Source: an uncultured Gammaproteobacteria bacterium (GTDB lineage Bacteria > Pseudomonadota > Gammaproteobacteria > Natronospirales > REEB76). From it: a DNA stretch of 64,000 nt. The stretch lies in assembly GCA_964584665.1 (NCBI GenBank), contig CAZPAO010000005.1, positions 23,022 to 87,021 on the forward strand. The letters are read 5' to 3'. Numbering within the stretch: position 1 is the stretch's first letter; each line of letters opens with the position of its first letter. The notes beneath the pieces are model-generated. The model was given only the letters and a program-made list of their open reading frames with translations, was not told where the DNA came from and searched no databases. The position numbers and the translations under genes are program-made. This document shows positions 45,308 to 55,979 of the stretch, piece after piece.

Positions 45308-46060
45308 TTAGCTGCGCAGATACGAAGCGCCATTTACGTCGAGGATGCATCCGCTGGCGAACATCATGCCGTCAGCGGCCAATCTCAAAATCGCTTCCGC
45401 CACTTCCTCCGGCGTCGCCACGCGGTTGAAGGGGCTCTGTTTGCGGATGCCGTCGCCCACCGGGCCCTCAAGCAGTTCCGCCGCCATGTCCGTGCTCACG
45501 AAGCCCGGCGCCACCACGCCCACGAAGATGTTGTCAGCTGCGAGCGCCTGCGCCAGGGATTGCGAGAGCTGGTTCAGGCCCGCCTTGCTGGCACCGTAGG
45601 CCGGCGCGTCCGGCTCGCCCCGGAAGGCGCCGCGGGAGGAGACGTTGATGATGCGTCCGCCGCCCTGCTTCTGCATGACCTTGGCCGCGAGGAAACAGAG
45701 GTTCGCCGCCGCCGTGAGGTTGGTGGAGAGGGTGCGCTGCCAGGTGGCCTGCCACTCGGCATAGGAGAGCCCTTGCAGCGGCCGCAATTCATAGATGCCG
45801 GCATTGTTCACCAGCACATCGATGCGACCGTAATGAGCCAAAACGCCGGTGACCAGGTGTTCGCAGGCGGCAGGATCGCTCAATTCCGCGACGAACGTCT
45901 TGTGGCCGGAGCCCGGCAGGGCAGTGGTGAGTTCCGTGATGCCTGCTTTGCGCTGGTGCAGCGCCACGCGCGCGCCGGCTTTGGCGAAAGCCTCCGCCGT
46001 GGCACGGCCGATGCCGCGGGCGGCGCCGGTGACGAGGACGATGCGATCCTGGAAATCCAT
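45308..46060 (-). CDS. SDR family oxidoreductase
   Basis: TGAARGIG cofactor motif, NNAG, and the catalytic YGASKAG. Confidence 0.85.
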   Translation of the reverse strand: MDFQDRIVLVTGAARGIGRATAEAFAKAGARVALHQRKAGITELTTALPGSGHKTFVAELSDPAACEHLVTGVLAHYGRIDVLVNNAGIYELRPLQGLSYAEWQATWQRTLSTNLTAAANLCFLAAKVMQKQGGGRIINVSSRGAFRGEPDAPAYGASKAGLNQLSQSLAQALAADNIFVGVVAPGFVSTDMAAELLEGPVGDGIRKQSPFNRVATPEEVAEAILRLAADGMMFASGCILDVNGASYLRS

Positions 46061-46122
46061 GGATGACCCCGGGAGCGATGAGCGGAAACACGATAGTAAT
46101 GCAGCTTTGGTAGAATCGCCCC

Positions 46123-46782
46123 ATGCTTCCCACCGTCGAGATACAGACCGGCCCGGTGCCGACGGCCAGCGTCATCTGGCTGCATGGCCTGGGTGCGGAC
46201 GGCCATGACTTCGAGCCCATCGTGCCCGAACTCCGGCTGCCGCCCGCCCTGGCCGTGCGTTTCATCTTCCCCCACGCGCCGGTGCGCCCCGTCACGCTGA
46301 ACAACGGCTATCCCATGCGGGCCTGGTTCGACATCGTGAAGATCGGGCTGAACCAGCCACGGGACGTGGCCGGCATGCAGGCCTCACGCGCGGCGGTGGA
46401 GGAACTCATCGTGCGGGAGAACGGCCGCGGCGTTCCCACCTCGCGCATCGTGCTGGCGGGCTTCTCCCAGGGCGGCGCGGTGGCGCTCTACGCCGGCTTG
46501 CAGCATGCGGACAAGCTGGCCGGCATCATGGCGCTCTCCACCTGGCTGCCGGTGGATGAGGGCATCGACCTCAAGCCCAGCGCCGCCAACCTCGCCACGT
46601 CCATCTTCTGGGGCCACGGCACCCAGGATCCCATCGTGCCCCTGCAGCTCGGCGAGCAGACCCGCAACGGGCTCACCAGGCTCGGTTGCGTCATCACCTG
46701 GCACAGCTATCCCATGCCGCACTCCGTGATCCCGCAGGAGATAGTCCACATCTCCGCCTGGCTTCAGTCCATCCTGACCTGA
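46123..46782 (+). CDS. Alpha/beta hydrolase (carboxylesterase/phospholipase, Abhydrolase_2 type)
   Basis: 219 aa. WLHGLGADGHDF, nucleophile GFSQGG, and a C-terminal His region. Confidence 0.85.
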   Translation: MLPTVEIQTGPVPTASVIWLHGLGADGHDFEPIVPELRLPPALAVRFIFPHAPVRPVTLNNGYPMRAWFDIVKIGLNQPRDVAGMQASRAAVEELIVRENGRGVPTSRIVLAGFSQGGAVALYAGLQHADKLAGIMALSTWLPVDEGIDLKPSAANLATSIFWGHGTQDPIVPLQLGEQTRNGLTRLGCVITWHSYPMPHSVIPQEIVHISAWLQSILT

Positions 46783-46783
46783 T

Positions 46784-49700
46784 CTAGTGTTCCAGCGTGT
46801 AGATGATGTCAGCGCTGTTGGCGGCGCCCGTCTGTGCCTGCAGGATCCACTTGGCGCTCAGGTTGTAGATGACGCGCAGGAAATAGAACGGATCGTCGAT
46901 GCCGTGGGTGTAGCTCACGTAGAGGCGGGGCGAGAGGTACTTGCCGAGGATCACCGAGCGGCTGTAGTTGGTGCCGTTCTGCACGTTCTGGATGCTCAGG
47001 TCCGCGGCGGCGGCACCACCGCCGATGGGTACGGTGAAGTTGAGCGACTGGTCCTGGTTCGCGCTGGCGTTGGTGTTGCTGGTGAGGCTGCTGGCGGTGA
47101 CCACGCCCGGAGTGGAGAGGGTCGAACCGCTGCCCTCGAAACCGGGTGTGCCGAACAACAGGTAGTTGGTCATCTGCGCCTGGGGCAGCGGCGGATCCGA
47201 GAACAGGGTCACCAGGGGCTGGCGCAGGGTGCCGCGCACGACCACGCCCACTTTCTGCTCCACACTGCCGAGCTGCACCAGGTCCGGGTGCGCGTTGGCA
47301 CGCAGCGCGCGGATGTCCAGCGCGGGATCGGAGATGGGGCCGCCCGTGAACATGAGGCGCCCGTATTCGATGTTGAGCCGTTGCGCGTAGGCGGCGTACT
47401 GGCCGCCCTGGATGTTGAGTTCGCCGTTGCCGGTGGTGGCATGGCCCGGTTCGTCGGTGGCGGTCACGTCGCCGCCGATCCGGCCCGAGAGACCGAAGCC
47501 GTCGAAGCTCACCTTGTCGCCCATGACTATGTGCAGCTTCGAGTGCAGGTGCCATTTCTCCTCCGGCAGTCCGCCTTCCTCACCCACGATCACCTGGTCC
47601 GGCGAGACCTGGACGCTGCCGGCGAGGTTGCGGGGCCGGAGCACGGCGTAAGGCACCGTCACCGTCCCGTCTATGCGCATCTTGCGGTCGTCCAGCGTGA
47701 AGCCGATGTCCGGCGAGAGGTCCACCTGCGCTTCCGGCAGGTCCACGCTGCGGAAGTCCTTGCCCTGGATGCGGCCCTGCACGTGCCAGATGCTCTCCTG
47801 CCGGTCCGCATCGGCGCTGAGGCTGAGGTCACCGCCGCCCGAGTGGGCGGTGCCGTCCAGCTTCAGGTGGGTGCCGTCTCCGTCGAGCTTCAGGCGCAAG
47901 CCGGTCATGTGCAGGCCGACGCGGGGCACGGTCACCTCGCCGTCCACGAAGGCCGCTTCGCCGGAGAAGCGCGGGTCAGCTGCGGTGCCGGCCAGCGCCA
48001 CATCCAGGCTCAGTCGGCCTTTCGCCTGGCTGACCTGCGGCACCAGCGCCGGCACCAGCTCGAAGTCGTGCATGTCGCCGTGGATGCGGCCGCTCAGGGT
48101 CTGCTGCGTCGCCCCGGTCAGGCGCACGTCCGCGGTCAGGTTGCCGCCGTCCGTGAGTTTCCAGCCCACGTGGCCGGTGGTGAGTTTCGGGTTCACGTGC
48201 AGATGCGCTTCGCCGCCGCTGTAGTCCAATAGCACCAGCGACTTGCCGCCGGCGTTGCTGGTGACGCGCCCGGGCGAGAGGCTGGCATCCAGGTCCAGCC
48301 GGTGGCTGTCCGCGTCGCCCGCGGCCATGAGGGTGGCATCCAGCGTGCCGGCATAGTCGAGACCCTGGGGCAGCACCGTCTGCAAGGCAGCGAGGGGCAT
48401 GGCCTTGATGGAGCCGTGGGCCTGCCAGCCCTTGGGTTCCGCGGCCAGGCTCGCGCAGACCTCCGCCTGATCCTGCCTCAGGCAGGCGAGGGGCAGCCTG
48501 AGCAGGTGCGGAGCGACCGTGAGCGACCAGGGTGAAGCGGCATGCCAGGTGCCCTCGCCCTTGGGCGTGAGGTCCACATGGGCGAGCGTCGCCTGCCAAT
48601 GCGCGTCGGAGTAGTCGCCGGTGCCGGCGAGATGCAGTGCGCCGCGGTCCGAATCCACATCCACCTGCAGCTCGTGATGCGCGACGCGTCCGCTCGCCTT
48701 GGCGTCCAGCGTGGAGGCATGCACGCCGGGCAAGCTCAGGCCCGCGCCATGCAGCGTCGCTTCGCCGCCATTGTCGCCGCTCGCGTGGGCGTTCAGCTGC
48801 AGGCTGTCCGCCTGCCAGCGATGCCAGGCGAAGTGGCTGAGGTCGAGGCTCATGGCGAGCAGGGTGTAGTGCGTGCCGCCATCGAGCGTGCCCTGGCTGT
48901 GGAGTTCGCCGGAAGCGTCGGGCCAGGCTTGGGCCAGGCTCGACGCATCCAGCTTCCAGTGCAGCTTCTGCCCGGCGCCGTCGCCGTCGAGATGCAGCGT
49001 GTCGTCGCCGAGCTTCGCGTCCAGCGCGAGGCTCTGCCAGTCCTTGCCTGCGAAGGCGGCGCTGCCGTTAGCCTGCAGCGGACTGCCCCGGAGCGTGCCC
49101 TTGAGCGAGGTGAGTTGGACCTCGCTGCGGCCTTTTTCGCCGAGTTCGCCATGGCCGTCCATCACCGCATCCAGTGTGCCGGGCCATTCGCTGGAGAGCT
49201 GGCCCGTGTCCGCGCCGTGCAGCACCGCGGTCGCCTGCCAGCGCCGGTCGGCGCGGGTGTAGTGGCCAGAGAGCGCGAGCGCGCCGCCCAGCCAGTGTCC
49301 CGTGAGCTGGTCCACCTGCGCCCTATCCATGTCGCCGTGTGCCGCGAGTTGCCAGCGGCCTTGGGGCAACAAGGGCTTCATCCACGCTTCCGGCGGCACG
49401 ATGCCGGTGTGCAGTCCGCGTGCTTCCGCATCCAGGCTCCAGCCATGCTTGCCGTCCCGCGCGAGCTTGAGGTCCGCATGCAGGTCCGCCTTGCCGGCGA
49501 GCGCGCCGTCCAGTGTCGCGTGCCAGGCCAGACGGTCCGCATCCAGCTTGAACTGGCCCTGTGGTGAGAGGAACTCGGCGCGGCCGGGAGGCCAGCTGAG
49601 GTCCTGCCAGCTGCCGGTGAGGGTGGTGCGCGCATCGGGCGCGAAGCCGAGCGTGCCCTTCGCTTCGAGCTTGCCGCCGCCGGCGAGGGCGACGGACAGG

Positions 49701-50665
49701 GCGCGTACGTCCAGCGCCTTGCGTCCGAGGGAGACATCCATGCGCGCGTTGGCGCTGCCGAAGGGTGTGCCGCGGACGGTCACGTCGCCCTTGAACGCGG
49801 TGGCGTCCAGGTCGCCGTGGAACGCCAGCCGCGCATCACCGCCGTAGGCGGGGGAGCCGGGGTGCACGGCGGCGAGCGCGAAGCGCGTCACGCTGAGATC
49901 GCCCAGCCACTTCGGCGCGGTGAAGGCATCCTTGAGCGTGCCCTTGATGTCCGCGCCGTAGGGCGCCGCGAGCGTCTGGTGCACCACCAGGGAGAGCGCG
50001 TCGCCCTTAAGTTCAGTGTGGCCCTTGAGGGGAGCCCAGCCGGGCAACGTGTAGTTCCAATCCAGCGCCGCGTCGGCGGCATAGGCCTGGTTGGGCGCGA
50101 GCCTCGCGTCGCCCTGCACGCCGAGCACCGGGCCTTGTGCGTCCAGTCCGTGCACCTGGATGCCGTCATTGTCTATGCGCGCGCTGAACTCCACCTGGTC
50201 CAGCCTGATGGGCGGCAGGGTGGGGGAGAGGGATACGCTGGCATCGTGCACCTGCACGTCGCCGAGGGCGATGGCCACCGGGAAGTGCGGGAGCTTGGGC
50301 ATCTGCAGCGGGAACGTGACCGGCTTAGACTCGCCATCGGAACGCACTTCCACCCGCACGCCGTCCGCCTGGACTGAACTCAAGCTGACGCGCCGGATGA
50401 ACAGCGCCACCGGACGCCACTGCAGCCTCAGGGTATCGACGTGCACGTGCAGGGAACCCGAGTCCCATTCCACGTCCTTGAGCAGCATCACCCGGTCCAG
50501 CGCGCCCTCGCTGGAGCCGATCTTCAGGGCGCCGCCGGTATGCTGCAGTGCTTGGGACAGCGCCCACCTCAGCGCACCCTCGCTGCGCAACCACAGCGTG
50601 ACACTGGTGATCGCCAGCAGCAGCGTCACCGCCAGGATCAGCAGGATGCGCAGGGCATGCCTCAC
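46784..50665 (-). CDS. tamB: Translocation and assembly module protein TamB
   Basis: 1293 aa with an N-terminal signal anchor and a long beta-helical region. The C-terminal DUF490-type tail is ...LGKYLSPRLYVSYTHGIDDPFYFLRVIYNLSAKWILQAQTG. It overlaps tamA by 4 nt. Confidence 0.85.
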   Translation of the reverse strand: MRHALRILLILAVTLLLAITSVTLWLRSEGALRWALSQALQHTGGALKIGSSEGALDRVMLLKDVEWDSGSLHVHVDTLRLQWRPVALFIRRVSLSSVQADGVRVEVRSDGESKPVTFPLQMPKLPHFPVAIALGDVQVHDASVSLSPTLPPIRLDQVEFSARIDNDGIQVHGLDAQGPVLGVQGDARLAPNQAYAADAALDWNYTLPGWAPLKGHTELKGDALSLVVHQTLAAPYGADIKGTLKDAFTAPKWLGDLSVTRFALAAVHPGSPAYGGDARLAFHGDLDATAFKGDVTVRGTPFGSANARMDVSLGRKALDVRALSVALAGGGKLEAKGTLGFAPDARTTLTGSWQDLSWPPGRAEFLSPQGQFKLDADRLAWHATLDGALAGKADLHADLKLARDGKHGWSLDAEARGLHTGIVPPEAWMKPLLPQGRWQLAAHGDMDRAQVDQLTGHWLGGALALSGHYTRADRRWQATAVLHGADTGQLSSEWPGTLDAVMDGHGELGEKGRSEVQLTSLKGTLRGSPLQANGSAAFAGKDWQSLALDAKLGDDTLHLDGDGAGQKLHWKLDASSLAQAWPDASGELHSQGTLDGGTHYTLLAMSLDLSHFAWHRWQADSLQLNAHASGDNGGEATLHGAGLSLPGVHASTLDAKASGRVAHHELQVDVDSDRGALHLAGTGDYSDAHWQATLAHVDLTPKGEGTWHAASPWSLTVAPHLLRLPLACLRQDQAEVCASLAAEPKGWQAHGSIKAMPLAALQTVLPQGLDYAGTLDATLMAAGDADSHRLDLDASLSPGRVTSNAGGKSLVLLDYSGGEAHLHVNPKLTTGHVGWKLTDGGNLTADVRLTGATQQTLSGRIHGDMHDFELVPALVPQVSQAKGRLSLDVALAGTAADPRFSGEAAFVDGEVTVPRVGLHMTGLRLKLDGDGTHLKLDGTAHSGGGDLSLSADADRQESIWHVQGRIQGKDFRSVDLPEAQVDLSPDIGFTLDDRKMRIDGTVTVPYAVLRPRNLAGSVQVSPDQVIVGEEGGLPEEKWHLHSKLHIVMGDKVSFDGFGLSGRIGGDVTATDEPGHATTGNGELNIQGGQYAAYAQRLNIEYGRLMFTGGPISDPALDIRALRANAHPDLVQLGSVEQKVGVVVRGTLRQPLVTLFSDPPLPQAQMTNYLLFGTPGFEGSGSTLSTPGVVTASSLTSNTNASANQDQSLNFTVPIGGGAAAADLSIQNVQNGTNYSRSVILGKYLSPRLYVSYTHGIDDPFYFLRVIYNLSAKWILQAQTGAANSADIIYTLEH

Positions 50666-52398
50666 AGGTCCGGCCCGATGCTGATGTGCACGCGTACCCG
50701 GTCCAGGTCCGGGCGCTTCACCGGGTGGGCCAGGTCCAGGCGCACCATGCCGATGGGCGTGCGCCAGCGCAGGCCAGCGCCGACGCCCTTCTCCAGCGAG
50801 GTGCTGAAGCTGTCGGTCGCATCGCCTGCGTCGATGAAACCCGCCATGCCGAAGATGGGCCCGAACATCTGGTCGATCTCGATGCTGCCCACCAGCAGGT
50901 CCTTGCCGCCCACGTTGTTGCCGTCCGCATCGCGCGGACCCAGGGAGTTGTAGGAGAAGCCGCGCACGCTCTGGTCGCCGCCCGCGAAGAAGCGTTGCGA
51001 CACCGGCAGCTCGCTCGGGCTCTTCACCGCGGTGCCGGCGGCCTCGCCGCGCAGCAGGAGATGGGTGGTGTCACCGAGCGGCACCAGCAGCTTCGCGATC
51101 AGGTGCATCTGGGCGAAGCTCGTGTCCGAGAACAGCGCGTTGTTGGCGCCGCGCAGGTCGGCCGAGATGCGGTAGCCGCGGGTCGGCAGGATCAGGTCAT
51201 CGGAGTCCACCCGCGATACCGTCACGCCGGGCAGCAGCAGCGTGCTGTTCAGGGGCGGCGAACCCTGCACGTCGCTGCGGTCGTGCTCCAGCTGCAGGTA
51301 CTGGTTCAGGGACCAGACCCCCGCGGTGCTGAAGCGCGCCACGCCGAGGATGTTCACGTAGTCGATGACGCTGCCCAGCACCTGGCGGCTGTTGCCGTAG
51401 CTGTACACCAGCTTCTCGGTGGCGGGGTCGCTGAGCGGGACGGTGTAGTTGATCAGGAAGCTCTCTACGATGTGGGAGAACTGCGCCTGTACCCCGAGCG
51501 TGTGGCCCTCGCTGTTCAGGCGCCGGTTGGTCCAGCCGAGCGTCACCCGCGGACCGGTGTCGGTGCCGTAGCCAGCGCCCAGCGTGTACTTGTTGCGCAG
51601 GCTCGGCGTCAGGGTCACGCGGATGGGTATGCACTTGTCGTCCTTCGCTTCCTGGCGCAGCGCTTCCACGTTCACCGAGTTGAAGTAGCCGGCATCATTG
51701 AGGGCGTACTGCATCTTGAGCAGCGCGTCGTTGTCGTAGGGGTCGCCGGGCTTGAACTTCACGTAGCGCGCCAGGAACTCCGGGTCGAGGAAATCCTGCA
51801 CGAAGCTGACGTCGCCGAAGTAGTATCGTTTGCCGGTGTTGAAGCGCAGCGTGATGTCCGCCCAGTGCTCCTGCGGGTTCACCGCCAGCTCGGTCTTGGT
51901 GAAGCGCGCGTCGATGTAGCCGCGTTGCGCCGCCAGTTCCTGCAGGCCGCGCTTGCTGTCCTCGTAGGCCTTCTGGTTGAGCTGATCCCCGGAATGGTAG
52001 GAGAGGGTCTGGAAGAAGCCGTCGTAGACCGCGTCGTTGCGGCCTTCGCCCGTGAGCACCACGTCCACGTGGCGGATGCGCACCGGCGGCGGCAGCGTGA
52101 TGCTGTAGCGCGCGACCCAGCCGTCGCCCTCCGGCGTGAGCTTGGAGAGCACCTGCGCGTCGTAGTAACCGAAGGGCTGCAAGGCCTGGCGGATCTGGTC
52201 CGGCGCCCGCGCATCCAGCTGCCCCACCAGGCTGTCGCTTAGATCCGGCGCATCCTGGTAGGTCGCGATGCTGAGGTAGGCCATCACGTTCTTCAGCATC
52301 ACGCCGCCGATACCGTCCACCAACACCGTCACATGGGGCGCCGCCGCCGCGGCCTGCGCGAAGCACAGGCAGAGAGACAGCAGCAGCGCGCGGCGCAT
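50662..52398 (-). CDS. tamA: Outer-membrane Omp85-family protein TamA
   Basis: 578 aa with a signal peptide, POTRA-like N-terminus and Omp85 barrel (RFFAGGDQSVRGF...VGAGLRWRTPIGMVRLDLA). Confidence 0.85.
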   Translation of the reverse strand: MRRALLLSLCLCFAQAAAAAPHVTVLVDGIGGVMLKNVMAYLSIATYQDAPDLSDSLVGQLDARAPDQIRQALQPFGYYDAQVLSKLTPEGDGWVARYSITLPPPVRIRHVDVVLTGEGRNDAVYDGFFQTLSYHSGDQLNQKAYEDSKRGLQELAAQRGYIDARFTKTELAVNPQEHWADITLRFNTGKRYYFGDVSFVQDFLDPEFLARYVKFKPGDPYDNDALLKMQYALNDAGYFNSVNVEALRQEAKDDKCIPIRVTLTPSLRNKYTLGAGYGTDTGPRVTLGWTNRRLNSEGHTLGVQAQFSHIVESFLINYTVPLSDPATEKLVYSYGNSRQVLGSVIDYVNILGVARFSTAGVWSLNQYLQLEHDRSDVQGSPPLNSTLLLPGVTVSRVDSDDLILPTRGYRISADLRGANNALFSDTSFAQMHLIAKLLVPLGDTTHLLLRGEAAGTAVKSPSELPVSQRFFAGGDQSVRGFSYNSLGPRDADGNNVGGKDLLVGSIEIDQMFGPIFGMAGFIDAGDATDSFSTSLEKGVGAGLRWRTPIGMVRLDLAHPVKRPDLDRVRVHISIGPDL

Positions 52399-54296
52399 CA
52401 GCCGCCTGGCCCCAGGTCCAGGGCGGGCAGGGGATCGGCGGGCGAGAGCGCGAACACCCGCGCATAGAAGGCGAGTTCCGCCGCCAGCACCTGCGAGAGT
52501 GTCCCGGCGCGGCGGAAACCGTGGCCTTCCTCGGGGAAGCTGAGGCAGGCCACGGGGACGCGGTTGCCCTTGAGCGCCAGCACCATGCGCGCGGTCTGGT
52601 CCGGCGGCACCACCGTGTCCTTGAGCCCCTGGAAGAAGATCACCGGCACCCGGATGCGTTCCGCCGAATGCAGCGGCGAGCGCTCGCGGTAGACCGCGCG
52701 CGCCGCCGGCCAGGGGCCGAGCAGCGTGTCGCCGTAGCGCGCCTCGAACTTGTGGGTGTCGGTCATGGCGGTCTCGAGTTCACTGATGCCGTACTGCACG
52801 GCGCAGGCCTGGAACGCGTCGTGGAAGGTGACCGTGGCCAGCGCGGTGAAGCCGCCGGCGCTGGAACCGCTCACGGCGGCGCGCCGCCCGTCGGCGAGGC
52901 CGCTCCCGGTGAGATGCCTGAGCGCGTGCACGCAGTCCTCCACGTCCTTAACGCCCCACTGTCCCGCGAGGCTCCTGCGGTAAGCCCGGCCGTAACCGGT
53001 GCTGCCGCGGTAGTTGAGGTCCAGCACCGCGAAGCCGCGGCTGGTCCAGAATTGCACTCGCGGCTCCAGCACCGCGCCGTTCATGGAGGTAGGCCCGCCG
53101 TGGCAGCGCAGTATCAGGGGCGGCGCTTCCTCCGCGGACATCCGGCACTCCGCATTCGCGGGCGGGTAGTACCAGGCATGCGCCACCTCGCCGCCGGAGG
53201 TGGGGAACCGCAGCGCCTGGGCGCGGCTGATGTAGGCCGCATCCAGGCTGAAACCGGTGTCGCGCAGCGGGCGGAGGTCCTCCGGGGTGCCCGCCAGCAC
53301 CGCCATGGCCGCATCGGGCGAGCCGGCGATGCAGGCGACACGCCCGTCCGCCGCGTCCAGGTGCTCGATGTGGGTATAACGCAGCTGCACGGTCCTGCGC
53401 CGACCGTCCTGGATGCGCACCAGGTTCGAGCGCCCGCGTTCCACCCGCACCGCCGCGAGTTCTCCGGCCGAGAGGAAGCCGTAGGCGGACATGCCGAAGT
53501 TCCACTGGGCATAGCCGTAGTCTGCCTCGTCGGGGCAGACCGCTTCGGTGCGCTCTTCCGCATATCTATATATGTTCCACCAGCCGCTCCGGTCCGAGAC
53601 CCAGTGCAGCTTTCCGTCCGGTGACCAGCGGGGCTGGAACACGGATTCCTCAGGGCCGCCGGCCACGCAGTGCGGCTTATGTAAGGCGCCTTCAGGAGTG
53701 AACTCCGCCAGCCATAACTCGCAGCCGTCCCAGGGCATCTGCGGATCGTCCCAGGCGAGCCAGGCGAGGCGAGCGCCGTCGGGGGACAAGACGGGTGAAC
53801 TGAAGAAGTCGCGGCCCTGCATCAGCGGCGTCAGCGTGCCGTCGGCGAGAGACACCGCCACCAGCGAATCCTGCGGCCGTTTATCGCTCACGTCCTCGCA
53901 GACGCAGATGAGCCGCGCGCGAGAGGCATCCCAGGCCATGTCCGCATAGCGGCGCGGGCCCGGCGCGGTGACGCGCCTCGGCGTAGCGCCGTCCGCTTCG
54001 TATATGCACTGGTCCGCGTCGTTGCAGAAGAAGAGACCGCCGTCCGTGGGCGCATGGGCGCCGCCGCCGTATTCATGGGCGCGACTCCGCACGCTGAAGG
54101 GCCGCGGCGTCAGTTCTTCCTTGCGGCCTTCCCTCTCGCGCATCCACACCACGCGACCGCCCTCTTCGGGCCGGCCTTCCAGCCAGTGCACCGCGCCCGC
54201 GTGGAGACGCGGCTGCATCAGCCTGCGTTGCGCGCCGGCTGCCTGTTCCACCGAGAGAGGCGAAGGCCAGCTCCCGCAGGGCGCCGTGCGCCTCAT
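52398..54296 (-). CDS. S9 family serine peptidase (prolyl oligopeptidase/dipeptidyl aminopeptidase-like)
   Basis: N-terminal propeller and a C-terminal alpha/beta hydrolase with the nucleophile GSSAGG. ATGA overlap with the tamA start. Confidence 0.8.
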   Translation of the reverse strand: MRRTAPCGSWPSPLSVEQAAGAQRRLMQPRLHAGAVHWLEGRPEEGGRVVWMREREGRKEELTPRPFSVRSRAHEYGGGAHAPTDGGLFFCNDADQCIYEADGATPRRVTAPGPRRYADMAWDASRARLICVCEDVSDKRPQDSLVAVSLADGTLTPLMQGRDFFSSPVLSPDGARLAWLAWDDPQMPWDGCELWLAEFTPEGALHKPHCVAGGPEESVFQPRWSPDGKLHWVSDRSGWWNIYRYAEERTEAVCPDEADYGYAQWNFGMSAYGFLSAGELAAVRVERGRSNLVRIQDGRRRTVQLRYTHIEHLDAADGRVACIAGSPDAAMAVLAGTPEDLRPLRDTGFSLDAAYISRAQALRFPTSGGEVAHAWYYPPANAECRMSAEEAPPLILRCHGGPTSMNGAVLEPRVQFWTSRGFAVLDLNYRGSTGYGRAYRRSLAGQWGVKDVEDCVHALRHLTGSGLADGRRAAVSGSSAGGFTALATVTFHDAFQACAVQYGISELETAMTDTHKFEARYGDTLLGPWPAARAVYRERSPLHSAERIRVPVIFFQGLKDTVVPPDQTARMVLALKGNRVPVACLSFPEEGHGFRRAGTLSQVLAAELAFYARVFALSPADPLPALDLGPGG

Positions 54297-55057
54297 GCAC
54301 CCGCCGTCATGAAATGGCGGGTCTCCAGCGCCTCGCCGGCGGCGTCGAAGCGCCGCTCCGCGAAGCGGATGCTGCCGTCCCGGTGCAGGAGCAGCAGCGT
54401 CGAGCAGCGGGTGCCGTAGTAGGGATCCACCACGAAGGCGGCGGAGGCGCGCCGCTCCAGTTCCAGGGCTATACCGGTGTCGGGCAGCGTGCTGTCCGGG
54501 GCGGTCGCCCGGTCCGCCAGCAACCGGAACAGGGACTCGCTGGTGACAGCGCCGGTCTCGGTTAGCAGCTTCAGGCGTGACTTCGAAGTCACCACCTTGG
54601 GCCAGGCAGTGTCGAGCAGATGGTTGCTCAGGCCGTGCACTCCCGCCGACACGGGTGCTGGCGCGGTACTGCGATTGGAGTGGTACCAGAGCGAATCCCG
54701 GTCGCCGCAGAGCAGGCCGAAGGGTCCATAGTCCGCGCCGCGGCCGGCGACCTCCTCCATATAGATGGATGCCGGCATGTCGCCGCGCAGGAATGCCGCC
54801 GTCAGTTCGCCGCGGGAGCGGGGTGCCTTGCGCGTGGCGAGGCCATCCCGGTAGTTGGTCACCGCCGCATAGCGCCCGGCGGTGGTAAGCCCAAGCCAGG
54901 TGCCGCCTGCCTCCAGATCGCGCCCGGCGAGCACCTCAGGCGCATCGGACCAGAAGGTCGCCCCCGCGGCGGCGCGCGCGTGCCGCTCATCGCGGTTGCC
55001 GGCGAGGATCAGGTGATAGTCGGGATGCGTGTGCCAGGCGAAGGTGAGAAGACACAT
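54293..55057 (-). CDS. NRDE family protein (TANGO2-like)
   Basis: N-terminal MCLLTFAW and the family-defining motif LILAGNRDERH. Confidence 0.8.
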   Translation of the reverse strand: MCLLTFAWHTHPDYHLILAGNRDERHARAAAGATFWSDAPEVLAGRDLEAGGTWLGLTTAGRYAAVTNYRDGLATRKAPRSRGELTAAFLRGDMPASIYMEEVAGRGADYGPFGLLCGDRDSLWYHSNRSTAPAPVSAGVHGLSNHLLDTAWPKVVTSKSRLKLLTETGAVTSESLFRLLADRATAPDSTLPDTGIALELERRASAAFVVDPYYGTRCSTLLLLHRDGSIRFAERRFDAAGEALETRHFMTAGA

Positions 55058-55082
55058 GCCTGCATTATATAGACGGTTGCGG

Positions 55083-55979
55083 CTAGGCTCTTTTCCTTGC
55101 GCCCAGAGAGAGCAGCCCCAGGGCCGCGAACACCAGCAGCATGCCCAGGCTCTCCGCCGGGGCCGGCACCTCTCCCAACTGCAGCCAGCCCGCCAGCACG
55201 CCGACGATGGGCGCCGCCAGGGAGGCGAGCCCGCTCACGGTGGCGGGCAGCCGCCCCACCGCGAACAGCCACAGCGCCCAGGCCAGGGCATTGGCCGGCA
55301 CCACGTTGTAGAAGAGCGCCCAGGCGTAGGCGGCGGTCCAATGGGTCTCGGGCGCGGGCACCCAGCAGGCGATGGCGATGAGCGGCAGCGCGCCCAGCAG
55401 CATCTGCCAGCCGGTGAGTGACAGGAGTTCCCAGGTGCCGGACACCGGCGTCTTCTTGGCGACGATCACCGAGAGCCCCCAGGCCATGCCCGCGCCCAGC
55501 GCCAGGATGCTGCTCATGAGGTCCGGCGCGTGGCGCCAGGGGGAGAAGATGAGGAGCAGGCCGCCGAGCGCGAGCGCCACCGACAGCCACTGCAGGCCCT
55601 TCAGGCGCTCGCCGAGCGTGAAGGGTGCGAGCAGGATCACCCAGAAAGGCATGGTGTAGGCCAGCACCGCGCTCTTGCCCGCGTTGCCCGAGACCAGGGC
55701 CCAGCACACGAGCCCGATGAAGAGCGTGGTCTGGAACAGGCCCAGCAACAGCGCGCGGCCGGGACGTCTCGGCGCGAGCGGCTTGCGCGCGATGAGCAGC
55801 ACCAGCAGCAGGCACAGGCCGCCGAGGGTGGTGCGCATGGCGGCGAACACGAAGGGGCCAGCATAGTGCAGCGCCACCTTCATCACCACCCAGTTGTAAC
55901 CCCAGATGAAGGTCAGCACCGCCAGCGCCGCGAACGCGGCGCGGTCGACGCCGCCCGCCGGCTTCGCCGCGGCGTTCAC
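55083..55979 (-). CDS. DMT superfamily (EamA-like) transporter
   Basis: 298 aa with about 10 TM helices and two EamA-type halves. Confidence 0.85.
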   Translation of the reverse strand: MNAAAKPAGGVDRAAFAALAVLTFIWGYNWVVMKVALHYAGPFVFAAMRTTLGGLCLLLVLLIARKPLAPRRPGRALLLGLFQTTLFIGLVCWALVSGNAGKSAVLAYTMPFWVILLAPFTLGERLKGLQWLSVALALGGLLLIFSPWRHAPDLMSSILALGAGMAWGLSVIVAKKTPVSGTWELLSLTGWQMLLGALPLIAIACWVPAPETHWTAAYAWALFYNVVPANALAWALWLFAVGRLPATVSGLASLAAPIVGVLAGWLQLGEVPAPAESLGMLLVFAALGLLSLGARKRA